This document shows, one piece after another, positions 1 to 8,332 of a stretch of 64,000 bases of DNA. The number at the start of each line of letters is the position of its first letter. The first letter of the stretch is position 1. A program made the translations under genes and the position numbers. Source of the DNA: Bacilli bacterium (GTDB lineage: Bacteria > Bacillota_I > Bacilli_A > RF39 > UBA660); contig JAFQES010000030.1 in assembly GCA_017398945.1 (NCBI GenBank), forward strand, positions 28,586 to 92,585. Reading direction: 5' to 3'. Under the pieces are notes generated by a model. It was not told the origin of the DNA, did not search any database, and saw only the letters and a program-made list of their open reading frames with translations.

Positions 1-390
1 AAGAATTATAAATTTAATGTTATTTTACCAGATAAGATTATGATAAAAGCTGATAAGGATAGATTGAACCAAGTAATTTTGAATTTATTAAATAATGCTA
101 TAAACTATACGGGTAATGACAACCAAGTAACTCTAAAAGTAACGGAGTCTAAAAAAGATTATTTAGTTGAAGTAATTGATACAGGAAAAGGAATTAAAGA
201 AGAAGATATTCCTTACATATGGGATAAATATTATAAGAAGGAAGTTAATAAAAATCATCAAAGAGAATATATCGGTTCAGGAATTGGACTTTCGATAGTT
301 AAAGAAATATTAGAAAAACATGGATTTAAATATGGCGTTAATAGCCAGAAAAATGAAGGTACAACATTTTATTTTAAAATAAATAAGTAG
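1..390 (+). CDS. Sensor histidine kinase, C-terminal HATPase_c domain (5'-partial; gene starts upstream of window)
   Basis: The frame is open from nt 1 (KNYKFNVILPDKIMIKADKDRLNQV...). N-box NLLNNAINYT, G1 DTGKGI and G2 GSGIGLSIVK motifs are present. Confidence 0.85.
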   Translation, partial: KNYKFNVILPDKIMIKADKDRLNQVILNLLNNAINYTGNDNQVTLKVTESKKDYLVEVIDTGKGIKEEDIPYIWDKYYKKEVNKNHQREYIGSGIGLSIVKEILEKHGFKYGVNSQKNEGTTFYFKINK

Positions 391-517
391 TTTCACTTTT
401 CTATCACTTAGTTTTCATAATAAAGTTGTATGATACAATTAGAAAAGGAAGTGATAAATAGAAATTTTTTCATAAAACAAACCAAATAAATAAAAAATAA
501 ACTCAAACTCACACTTT

Positions 518-548
518 CAAAGGCAAGGGTTATTACTTGCCTTTTTTG
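518..548 (+). terminator. Rho-independent terminator after the kinase gene
   Basis: Hairpin aaggcaag-N12-cttgcctt followed by TTTTTTG. Confidence 0.55.
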
Positions 549-627
549 TAAATGCTTTGTCAAGGGTTATTTTCAATTTGACTATAAATTTTGCGTATAA
601 TATACTTATAAGTAGTAGGAGGTCAAT

Positions 628-801
628 ATGCTAGATGAAAATAATAAAAAAGAAAATGTTGTAAAAGTATCTAGTGCTATTAAATATGGTGATTTAGAAG
701 ATACAATTAAAATACCTGTAATTAAATCTAATAATAATTTAGAAAATACTCAAGAATTTAATTTTGGGTTAGAAGCTGATGGTGATTTGAATGACAATTA
801 A
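628..801 (+). CDS. Small acidic hypothetical protein (57 aa), translationally coupled to the downstream gene
   Basis: AGGAGG RBS 6 nt upstream of ATG 628. The stop codon TAA at 799-801 overlaps ATG 791 of the next CDS (ATGACAATTAA). It is absent from the ORF track, presumably below a length cutoff. Confidence 0.35.
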   Translation: MLDENNKKENVVKVSSAIKYGDLEDTIKIPVIKSNNNLENTQEFNFGLEADGDLNDN

Positions 802-2335
802 AAATACCTATACTTATGATACAATTGATGTAAAACTTCTTGAAGAATTTATTTTAAGTTTGTATTCTAAGGTAAAAAAGAAAACTAATTTAGAACTTGA
901 CTATAAAACTGTTTTAAATGAAATTAGAAAAATGGGCCTTTCTGAAGCTGATTTAGAAAATGGCCAGCCCAAAAGTATTCCATTAAAAATGATAGAAGAG
1001 TTTTATCGAGATATGGGCATAAAAAATAAGAGTGCTGATGAATTAGCTGATGAAACTCATGTTTTTTTTAATACAGATGCAGATTTTTTATTTGGGGGAA
1101 ACAGCATTTTGATTGGCAGTAAAATAAAGAATGACAATGATATTAATTTAGGGTTGCATTTAGATAGCAAACATTTTAATGAAGGTTTAAAAAGCTTAAC
1201 TCAATTTCTAACAAATTTTTTAGGTAGTCAGTGTGACTATGAAATATTGGTTAAAAGGGATTTTTCTATCAACAATGTTGTCATATCTATAGCTAATGAA
1301 CATCCAGAAATAATGAATGCTATAAAAGATTATATTGTAAGAGAACTGCCTTATGCTTTGATAAATGATAATCCTTTTATAATGACAATTGATGGAGTTG
1401 GATTTAGTCCAGTTGGTGGAGTTTCTAATAGTTCATATATAGGAAATCAAAGGTTAGCATATTCATCTGGTTTAAAAGGTGTTGCGTCACTTATTGCTGA
1501 AATAATTAATTACTTAAAAAAGAATCGAGTTTCTGATACAATTTTCTTAAATGAATTTAAGAAAATATGGAATAAATGTGTAATAGATGAAAGTGCATAT
1601 AAAAAATTATTTGAGGGCACAGGTGAATACAAATATTTTAAGTCAAGTGTTTATGATGTTCCTCCTAAAGTAGAAGATAAAAATCATAAAAAAGAAATAT
1701 TTTTATCTGCATTAAGATATACTTACGAAAAACACGGAATAGAATGGATTCGAGATAATTTGTCTTCAGGTTTTTCAGGAGATTATCATTGGATTTCTAG
1801 AGGAAATGGAAGATACTCTTTAAGAGCATTAATGATTGAAAATGTATCAGGCTTAGAATTTAATCAGTATTACGAAGAAATTTTAGCGATAAATAATTTC
1901 AAAAAAAATGAAGAGGTTAAATCAAACGAATTAACAGAAGATACTATGATCTTTTCAAAAATAGATGAAGAAATAATTAATCAAAAAAATGATTTGTTTA
2001 TTGATGCTGTATTTGGAAATGAAAATATTGTTTTGTTAGAGCAAACTTCTTTAGTAACGTTAAATAAACATGGTAATGAACAATTAGCATTTGCGATAAA
2101 TGAATTTGTAAAAAGAGGAATTGCTAATGGATTTACGAGATTTAAATCTGTTGATGATAAAGTCAATTATCGAGAATATTTAAATAGATTTAATCAAGAA
2201 TCAATTATAAAAACCATGATGAAATCTCTTGGCCTTAGAGGAATAGATACCTCTGTTTTATCGTTAGAAGATATTATAAATGTATATACTGATATATTAT
2301 CCAATTCATTAGATTTGGGAGCAACTAGAAAATAA
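791..2335 (+). CDS. Hypothetical protein (514 aa), no family confidently recognised
   Basis: Long intact ORF with a downstream terminator-like hairpin. A weak GGNS-x9-DND segment is not enough to call a nucleotidyltransferase. Confidence 0.6.
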   Translation: MTIKNTYTYDTIDVKLLEEFILSLYSKVKKKTNLELDYKTVLNEIRKMGLSEADLENGQPKSIPLKMIEEFYRDMGIKNKSADELADETHVFFNTDADFLFGGNSILIGSKIKNDNDINLGLHLDSKHFNEGLKSLTQFLTNFLGSQCDYEILVKRDFSINNVVISIANEHPEIMNAIKDYIVRELPYALINDNPFIMTIDGVGFSPVGGVSNSSYIGNQRLAYSSGLKGVASLIAEIINYLKKNRVSDTIFLNEFKKIWNKCVIDESAYKKLFEGTGEYKYFKSSVYDVPPKVEDKNHKKEIFLSALRYTYEKHGIEWIRDNLSSGFSGDYHWISRGNGRYSLRALMIENVSGLEFNQYYEEILAINNFKKNEEVKSNELTEDTMIFSKIDEEIINQKNDLFIDAVFGNENIVLLEQTSLVTLNKHGNEQLAFAINEFVKRGIANGFTRFKSVDDKVNYREYLNRFNQESIIKTMMKSLGLRGIDTSVLSLEDIINVYTDILSNSLDLGATRK

Positions 2336-2408
2336 AGATGATTTTTTCATCTTTTTTTGATTGTTTGTCTATTGTTATTATGATAATATTTATAGTAGGT
2401 GAGTAGTT

Positions 2409-3020
2409 GTGAAAACGATATTTTTAGTAGCAAATAATTTAGTTGTAGATAATATTAATTATATTTCAAAAGAAAGTGTTGATGAAAGAAGAGCTAAAAG
2501 ACCATTAAGTGCTCAAGGAGAAAAAGCTGCTTTAAAATTAGCCAAAATAAAAGGTCTTGATTGTGTTTCAAATATTTATTCTTCGGAATATGCAAGTGCA
2601 ATATCAACAGCTAAATATTTATCATCTCGTTTGGAAATTCCTCTTAACATTGATAAAAATTTAAATGAACGTAAAATAGGAAATTTTCCCGATGGTTTAA
2701 AATTATCTTATTATAAAGATAGTCAAGAACACGATTTTAATTATAAGTTACCTGGTGGAGAGACGATTAATGATACGAAAAAAAGAATTACGGCATATAT
2801 GAAAAATATTTTAAGTAAAAGCGATGATTATATAGCGATATTTACGCATCAAATTGCAATTACAAGTTTTTTGCTTAATTATTGTGAAGCTAGTTATAAT
2901 TTAGATGATCATTTAATTTTAAATTATAAAGATAAAGTTGTATCTAATTTTAATAGCTTAGTAATTTATAAATTAGTCTATGATGATGAATTAAGATTAT
3001 TAGATATAAAAACATATTAA
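2409..3020 (+). CDS. Histidine phosphatase (PGM/SixA-like) family protein, catalytic RHG motif apparently degenerate
   Basis: RPLSAQGEKAA and IFTHQIAITSFL match histidine-phosphatase motifs. The N-terminal position normally RHG reads ANN (IFLVANN). GTG start. Confidence 0.55.
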   Translation: MKTIFLVANNLVVDNINYISKESVDERRAKRPLSAQGEKAALKLAKIKGLDCVSNIYSSEYASAISTAKYLSSRLEIPLNIDKNLNERKIGNFPDGLKLSYYKDSQEHDFNYKLPGGETINDTKKRITAYMKNILSKSDDYIAIFTHQIAITSFLLNYCEASYNLDDHLILNYKDKVVSNFNSLVIYKLVYDDELRLLDIKTY

Positions 3021-3033
3021 AGGAGATTTGAAA

Positions 3034-3447
3034 ATGACTAAGTTTGAAAAAGGGGCAATTATAAGCGTTATAGTGATAATGATTGGAATATTTATTGGTA
3101 TATTATGCTTAATGTTTTCACATTATCATGAAACTAATAAGAAGCCAGTTGTAAATATTTCTAAAAGAGAAAGTACAACTATTTATAGCATTAAGTTTTA
3201 TGATGATTATGCCGTATATTTATCTGAAACTGATGGAGTAGTTGGTATAATAGAAAATGAAAATAAGAGATTAGATTATAAAAACGAAATAGATTTAAAA
3301 GATGTAAAATCTAAATTAAAAGCAACTGCATTATCTTCCGGAGATGTATCGGTAAGCATCAATAAAGAAGAATTTTTTGTTTCAGATGATAATGCTGTTT
3401 TAAAAGAATTATTGCAAAGTGTAGGTAAAGAAAAATTAGAAGGTTAA
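3034..3447 (+). CDS. Hypothetical membrane-anchored protein (N-terminal TM helix)
   Basis: AGGAGA RBS 8 nt before ATG 3034. Hydrophobic segment AIISVIVIMIGIFIGILCLMF. Confidence 0.55.
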   Translation: MTKFEKGAIISVIVIMIGIFIGILCLMFSHYHETNKKPVVNISKRESTTIYSIKFYDDYAVYLSETDGVVGIIENENKRLDYKNEIDLKDVKSKLKATALSSGDVSVSINKEEFFVSDDNAVLKELLQSVGKEKLEG

Positions 3448-3469
3448 ATTTATTTTTTGAAAGGTTAAT

Positions 3470-3985
3470 ATGGATGCAATTATAAGAGAAAAAAGATTAG
3501 AAGATTGTGCTAGTGTACAAAAAATAATTACAAAATCTTGGCAACATACTTATAGAGGAATAGTGAATGATCTTTTTTTAAATTCACTTACATATAATGA
3601 AGAAGAAAGAATAATAAATTCTCAAAAAAATTTTAATAGTATAACTAACAATGAGCTAGTATTAGAAATAAATGGTAGGGTTGTAGGTTTTGTCAAGTAT
3701 AGCCAAGCTGATGATTTGAAATATAAAGATTATGGTGAGATAAATGCAATCTATATATTAAGTGAATTTAAAGGAATGGGCTATGGAAAAAAATTAATAA
3801 AAGATGCTGTAAAAAAGCTTAAGCATTTAGGATTTGATAAAATGATTATTGGTTGTTTAGAAGGGAATCCAGCTAACGAATTTTATAAGCATTTGGGTGG
3901 AACTTTAGATAGTAAAAGAATATTTTCAAGAGGCGGACAAGATTTGGTAGAAAATGTTTATGTATTTCATAGCATAGATATTTAA
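3470..3985 (+). CDS. GNAT family N-acetyltransferase
   Basis: GNAT core (GMGYGKKLI..., GNPANEFYKHLGG); 171 aa. Confidence 0.8.
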   Translation: MDAIIREKRLEDCASVQKIITKSWQHTYRGIVNDLFLNSLTYNEEERIINSQKNFNSITNNELVLEINGRVVGFVKYSQADDLKYKDYGEINAIYILSEFKGMGYGKKLIKDAVKKLKHLGFDKMIIGCLEGNPANEFYKHLGGTLDSKRIFSRGGQDLVENVYVFHSIDI

Positions 3986-4016
3986 AAAACATTATAGCTT
4001 TTAAAACTATAATGTT

Positions 4017-5096
4017 TTATCTTTTATTAACAAAATTTTTAATAGCTGAATGTTCTTCAATTAATTCTGATATTGAATCTCCAGTATTTATACAGTCAAT
4101 TATGTCTGCTAGATAATCACTACAATCAGAACTAACAAACCATTCGGAATTTAGAATTTCTTCTGGTACATAAGTTAAATTTGTACTATATATTTTACTA
4201 AATAGTTCTTCTTTATGAGCTTCAATAAACTTTTGAGCTCCCGCAGTAAATAAACTAAATGTAGCAAAGAAATAAATATTTTTGGCACCACGTTTTTTGC
4301 ATTCTTTGGCTACATCAAATAATGATCCACCACTAGCTATCATGTCATCAACAACGATAACATCTTGATCTTTTAAATCTCTTCCTAAGTATTCGTGAGC
4401 TTCTATTGGATTTTGTCCATTTACTATTTTCTTTAAATTTCGTCTTTTGTAGAACAAACCAACATCAGCTCTTAAGATATCAGCTAAGTATCTTGCTCGA
4501 TCCATGGCTCCAGCATCTGGACTGATAATTAATGTGTTTTCTGGATCAAACTTTTCTTTTTTGAAAAAGACTTTTAATATTTCATTAGTAGGGTAGAAAT
4601 TATCAAATGCCATAGTTGGGATAGCATTTTGAACATTTGGATCATGAGCATCAAAGGTAATAATGTTATCTACACCTAATCTTTCTAATTCTTGTAAAGC
4701 TAAAGCACAATCTAATGATTCACGACTTTTTCTTCTATGTTGTCTAGATTCATATAAAAATGGCATAACAACACGAATGCTTTTAGCGTGACCCATCATA
4801 GCTAATATTGTTCTTTTAATATCTTGGAAATGTTCATCAGGGCTCATATTATGTTCTTTACCATACATTTGATAGGTAATATTATAATTGTGAGTATCAC
4901 TTAAAATATAAACATCTTTTCCTCTAATACTTTCTAATAATTTAACTTTTCCTTCACCATCACTAAATCGAACTAGTTGAGAAGGGATTATATAGCTTTT
5001 ATTTGTTTTTCTAATTTTTTGGATTCTTTTATCAACTTTTTTTCCAAATTCTAAGCAATTGTCCATTACAACTAGACATAAATCTTCTTTTTTCAA
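4017..5096 (-). CDS. prs: Ribose-phosphate pyrophosphokinase
   Basis: DAHDPNVQNAI and VVDDMIASGGSL PRPP-synthetase motifs. TTG start preceded by AAGGAG. Confidence 0.9.
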   Translation of the reverse strand: MKKEDLCLVVMDNCLEFGKKVDKRIQKIRKTNKSYIIPSQLVRFSDGEGKVKLLESIRGKDVYILSDTHNYNITYQMYGKEHNMSPDEHFQDIKRTILAMMGHAKSIRVVMPFLYESRQHRRKSRESLDCALALQELERLGVDNIITFDAHDPNVQNAIPTMAFDNFYPTNEILKVFFKKEKFDPENTLIISPDAGAMDRARYLADILRADVGLFYKRRNLKKIVNGQNPIEAHEYLGRDLKDQDVIVVDDMIASGGSLFDVAKECKKRGAKNIYFFATFSLFTAGAQKFIEAHKEELFSKIYSTNLTYVPEEILNSEWFVSSDCSDYLADIIDCINTGDSISELIEEHSAIKNFVNKR

Positions 5097-5210
5097 ATTA
5101 CCACTCCTTAGGTTAAATATAACATAGTTATTTTGTGATAGTAAGGCTTTTAAATTCTTGTTTTTTGTATTATACTTAAAGTGTTAGCCTTAAAAAAGGA
5201 GTGAGCTTTT

Positions 5211-5774
5211 ATGGAATTAATGGTAGGTGTTGGTGTTAGTAATCGTCATGTTCATTTAACTAAAGAAGTTTATGATGAGTTGTTCTTTGAAGAACCAACT
5301 ATTTTAAAAGAATTAACGCAACCAGATCAGTTTGCTTATAAAGAAACATTAAAAATAAAAACAGATAAAAATAGTATAGCTAATGTGAGAATATTGGGAC
5401 CTTTTAGAGAGTATAATCAAGTTGAAATATCTGCAACTGATGCTAGATTCTTAGGATTAAATCCACCTATACGAAAAAGTGGAGATTTAAAGGAAAGTGA
5501 AACGATTACTTTGGTAGGGCCTAAGGGAGAAGTAACTTTAGCTGAATCTTGTATCATAGCAAATCGTCATTTACATATAACTCCCGAAGAGGCAACAAAG
5601 TATAGCTTAAGTGATGATGAAGAAATTATATTAGTTTGTGATAATGTACAAGGGGGAACAATGAAAGCGTTTGTTAAAGTGATGCCAAACACTAAAACAG
5701 AAGTTCATTTGGACACAGATAATGCCAATGCTTTTGGAATTAAGCAAGGAGATATAATAAAGGTTATAAAATAA
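5211..5774 (+). CDS. pduL: Phosphate propanoyl/acetyl-transferase PduL-like
   Basis: Duplicated PduL signature (GVSNRHVHL ... ANRHLHITPEEA); about 187 aa. Confidence 0.7.
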   Translation: MELMVGVGVSNRHVHLTKEVYDELFFEEPTILKELTQPDQFAYKETLKIKTDKNSIANVRILGPFREYNQVEISATDARFLGLNPPIRKSGDLKESETITLVGPKGEVTLAESCIIANRHLHITPEEATKYSLSDDEEIILVCDNVQGGTMKAFVKVMPNTKTEVHLDTDNANAFGIKQGDIIKVIK

Positions 5775-5775
5775 A

Positions 5776-5820
5776 AAGTTTGTAAATTTCAGCTGCGTGC
5801 TTGTGTTTACAAACTTTTTT
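5776..5820 (+). terminator. Rho-independent terminator of the pduL-like gene
   Basis: aaagtttgtaaa ... tttacaaacttt stem followed by TTTTTT. Confidence 0.7.
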
Positions 5821-5830
5821 GTAGTATAAT
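5801..5830 (+). promoter_or_regulatory. Putative promoter of toxin-like peptide A (TTGTGT-18-TATAAT)
   Basis: TATAAT at 5825-5830 with a weak -35. It overlaps the 3' half of the upstream terminator. Confidence 0.35.
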
Positions 5831-5898
5831 ACCTTCACGGGAATATCAGTAGTTGGGTGTCTACCTCTAATCTTGTAAGAGAAAGGAGGTTTGATAAA

Positions 5899-5991
5899 AT
5901 GAATAAAAGAACTTTTATAATTAAAGTTCTTCATTCTTTCATTATCATTTTATTTCTTCTTATCATTATGATAGTGGTTATAAAAAAATGA
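5899..5991 (+). CDS. Type I toxin-like small hydrophobic peptide, copy A (30 aa: MNKRTFIIKVLHSFIIILFLLIIMIVVIKK)
   Basis: GAAAGGAGGT RBS 8 nt upstream. Single TM-like segment with a C-terminal KK. A paralogous peptide is encoded at 62718..62813 (-). The stop codon lies inside the convergent antisense RNA's terminator stem. Confidence 0.55.
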   Translation: MNKRTFIIKVLHSFIIILFLLIIMIVVIKK

Positions 5992-6100
5992 CACTTAATT
6001 TCATAATCAGAAATTAAATGTCTAACACATATAAAGTGGGTAGACATTCAACATTGCAAAACTGAATGTTCCCGTATTATTTTATGCAAGTTTTCTTGCT
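5980..6100 (-). ncRNA. Candidate antitoxin sRNA A, convergent and antisense to the toxin-A stop codon and 3' UTR
   Basis: Minus-strand promoter TTGCTA-17-TATAAT (plus coordinates 6107-6135). Terminator hairpin gacatttaatttc/gaaattaagtgtc followed by U7 (plus coordinates 5982-6022). Internal hairpins gcaag-N4-cttgc and gggaacattcag...ctgaatgtt..ccc. Conserved in copy B. Confidence 0.45.
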
Positions 6101-6106
6101 AAATAC

Positions 6107-6135
6107 ATTATATCATTTAATTTGATATTTAGCAA
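6107..6135 (-). promoter_or_regulatory. Sigma-A-type promoter for antitoxin sRNA A (TTGCTA-17-TATAAT)
   Basis: Reverse complement reads TTGCTAaatatcaaattaaatgaTATAAT. Confidence 0.45.
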
Positions 6136-6161
6136 GTTTAGGATAAATGAGGATTGAAAAT

Positions 6162-7148
6162 ATGAGTTTTAAAATTGGAAATATTGAAATTAAAAATCCA
6201 GTTGTTCTTGCTCCAATGGCTGGAATTTCTAATACTAGTTATCGGAAAATTATTAAAGAAATGGGAGCTGGACTTATCTATGCAGAAATGGTAAGCGATA
6301 AAGCCGTTTGTTTTGAAAATGAAAAGACTTTAAAAATGCTAGCAATGAGTGAAGAAGAAAGACCGATTGCTCAACAAATATTTGGTAGTGATATTGATTC
6401 TTTTACTAAAGCTGCTCAAATTATAGAAGAAAAAATGAAACCGGATATTATTGATATTAATATGGGGTGTCCGGTCCCAAAGGTAGCAGTTAAAAATCAA
6501 GCGGGTAGTGCTTTATTAAAAGATGTTAATAAGATAAAGGAAATAGTTGCGTCAGTTGTAAATGCTGTAAATGTTCCCGTTACAGTTAAAATTCGTAGTG
6601 GTTGGGATGAAAAAAATATTAATGCGGTAGAAGTAGCTAAAGCATGTGAAGAAGCAGGGGCAAGTGCTATAGCTATTCATGGAAGAACTCGTAGTCAGGG
6701 TTATAGTGGAAAAGCTAATTGGGATATTATTAAGCAAGTAAAAGACAATGTTAATATTCCCGTAATCGGTAATGGTGATGTTACTAGTGCTGAAGAATTT
6801 TTAAAAATGTTAAACTATACTAAATGTGATGCGGTGATGATTGGAAGAGGATGTATCGGTAATCCTTGGTTAATTAATGATTGTGTTAATGCTTATAACA
6901 ATCTATCTAAAAAAGAAGTTAGTATAGAAGAAAAAATAGACATGATGAAAAGACATTTAAATATGTTAATCGAAGATCAAAATGAAAAGGTGGCTATTTT
7001 AGAAATGAGAACTCATTTGATGTATTATTTTAAAACTTTACCGAATAATAAACCTTATAAAGTAGCGTTGTGTCAAGCTAAGACGAAAGAAGAAGTATTT
7101 AAAATACTTGATGAATATTTAGATGTATTTAAATATAATTTTGAATGA
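6162..7148 (+). CDS. dus: tRNA-dihydrouridine synthase
   Basis: VVLAPMAGISN...IDINMGCP...VTVKIR Dus motifs. The likely start is ATG 6162 (MSFKIGN) after GAGGA. The track start at 6147 lies inside the RBS. Confidence 0.85.
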   Translation: MSFKIGNIEIKNPVVLAPMAGISNTSYRKIIKEMGAGLIYAEMVSDKAVCFENEKTLKMLAMSEEERPIAQQIFGSDIDSFTKAAQIIEEKMKPDIIDINMGCPVPKVAVKNQAGSALLKDVNKIKEIVASVVNAVNVPVTVKIRSGWDEKNINAVEVAKACEEAGASAIAIHGRTRSQGYSGKANWDIIKQVKDNVNIPVIGNGDVTSAEEFLKMLNYTKCDAVMIGRGCIGNPWLINDCVNAYNNLSKKEVSIEEKIDMMKRHLNMLIEDQNEKVAILEMRTHLMYYFKTLPNNKPYKVALCQAKTKEEVFKILDEYLDVFKYNFE

Positions 7149-7191
7149 TAATAAAATTGGAATTTGTCATTCTAAAATTAAAAATTTACTA

Positions 7192-8298
7192 TTACTTACT
7201 ATTTTTATTAATGATTATTAACGGGACTAAGCATTCTGATTTTGTTAAACCGGAATGTGTTGCTTTTAATTCTGGTCCATTTCTTTTATATTTTATTGCT
7301 TTATTTTTTATTCCAACTGCAATATAATCTCCTAAACAAGAATTAAACATTTTATGATTTTGGCCCAATCCAAATATTTTTTTATCTATAATCTCCTTTT
7401 TTGAAAATAATAAAAAATCTTTTTCAAAATTTTTTAAAAATAATTCTTTAAATTTATTTATGCAATTAGCTTTTACAAAAATCATTGATGCTCTAGAATC
7501 AATTGAGGTGTTATGTTTTAAACAATTAAATATATCATCATAATCTTCTAAATATATATATTCATTTTTTATTAATCCGTGATCTGCAGTTATAATTATT
7601 AATGTATTATTTAATTCATTTACTAATTTTTCAAGCTTTTGGTTTATTATTTTTAAATTTCTTTTTGCTTCCTTTGATTCTAAACCAGTTTTATGTATTA
7701 TTGAATCTGGATTTTCATAATAAGCATATATAAAATTCTGTTTTTCATTATTACATATCTTTTTTATTTTGTTACACATATCATCAAAACTTTTATATTT
7801 TATACCATCAAATGGTGACAAATATGTTGCTTTTACCTTTGTATTAGAATTTATTAAATCAAATATTGTTTTATAACCAAAATATTTATGACAAATATTT
7901 TCTCCAGCAATATAATTGTTAGTGTCTTTTTCTTTGTTTAAAAACATAGTAACAACTTTATTTAATGGCTTTATATAATTATCCCATCCAAGCCAACAAT
8001 GTTGATTAGGATATAATCCTGTAATTATTGAGGTGGTTGCTGATGCTGTTGTTGAAGGAAAAACTGAGGAAATTATGCTTTTTAAATTTTTTCTTAAAAA
8101 ATCTTTTTTATTTAAATTATTTTCTAAAAAATCATATCCCATTCCGTCACATATAATCAATATAATGTTTTTTGGATTATTGTTTTTTAAATGTTCATCT
8201 AGCATTTTTAAGGAATTATTAAATTCTTTTAACCCATAATGCTTTAAAATAGAATTAGGAATACCTACAATACAATTTAGATAATCTATATATTCCAT
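7192..8298 (-). CDS. Alkaline-phosphatase-superfamily type I phosphodiesterase / nucleotide pyrophosphatase (NPP) family protein
   Basis: FPSTTASATTSIITGLYPNQH matches the NPP Thr-nucleophile signature (FPTxTxPNHxxIxTGLYP). ILIICDGMGYD and IIITADHG metal-site motifs. Start moved to ATG after AAGGTGA. Confidence 0.75.
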   Translation of the reverse strand: MEYIDYLNCIVGIPNSILKHYGLKEFNNSLKMLDEHLKNNNPKNIILIICDGMGYDFLENNLNKKDFLRKNLKSIISSVFPSTTASATTSIITGLYPNQHCWLGWDNYIKPLNKVVTMFLNKEKDTNNYIAGENICHKYFGYKTIFDLINSNTKVKATYLSPFDGIKYKSFDDMCNKIKKICNNEKQNFIYAYYENPDSIIHKTGLESKEAKRNLKIINQKLEKLVNELNNTLIIITADHGLIKNEYIYLEDYDDIFNCLKHNTSIDSRASMIFVKANCINKFKELFLKNFEKDFLLFSKKEIIDKKIFGLGQNHKMFNSCLGDYIAVGIKNKAIKYKRNGPELKATHSGLTKSECLVPLIIINKNSK

Positions 8299-8332
8299 AA
8301 TCTTCACCTTAATTATATAATATCATCAATAT

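Noticed and set aside
1981-2166. Short antisense or nested ORFs inside annotated genes. Examples are 1981..2166-, 6552..6737-, 8033..8239+, 8838..9101+, 12808..12990-, 17922..18182-, 19759..19956+, 21991..22202-, 22698..22910-, 30905..31087-, 39262..39519-, 54144..54428-, 55707..55898-, 56968..57198- and 63092..63535+.
   Set aside because: They lie wholly inside longer, well-supported CDSs on the opposite strand. They lack RBSs and have low-complexity compositions typical of AT-rich antisense frames.
791-2335. Idea that the 514-aa protein is a cGAS/DncV-like nucleotidyltransferase (CBASS)
   Set aside because: Only a loose GGNS-x9-DND resemblance to the GS...DxD motif. There is no second acidic motif and no Cap/effector genes nearby. 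The evidence is insufficient.
7145-7327. 60-aa + strand ORF after dus
   Set aside because: It overlaps the 3' end of the minus-strand NPP gene, has no RBS, and has a hydrophobic low-complexity product. It is probably spurious.
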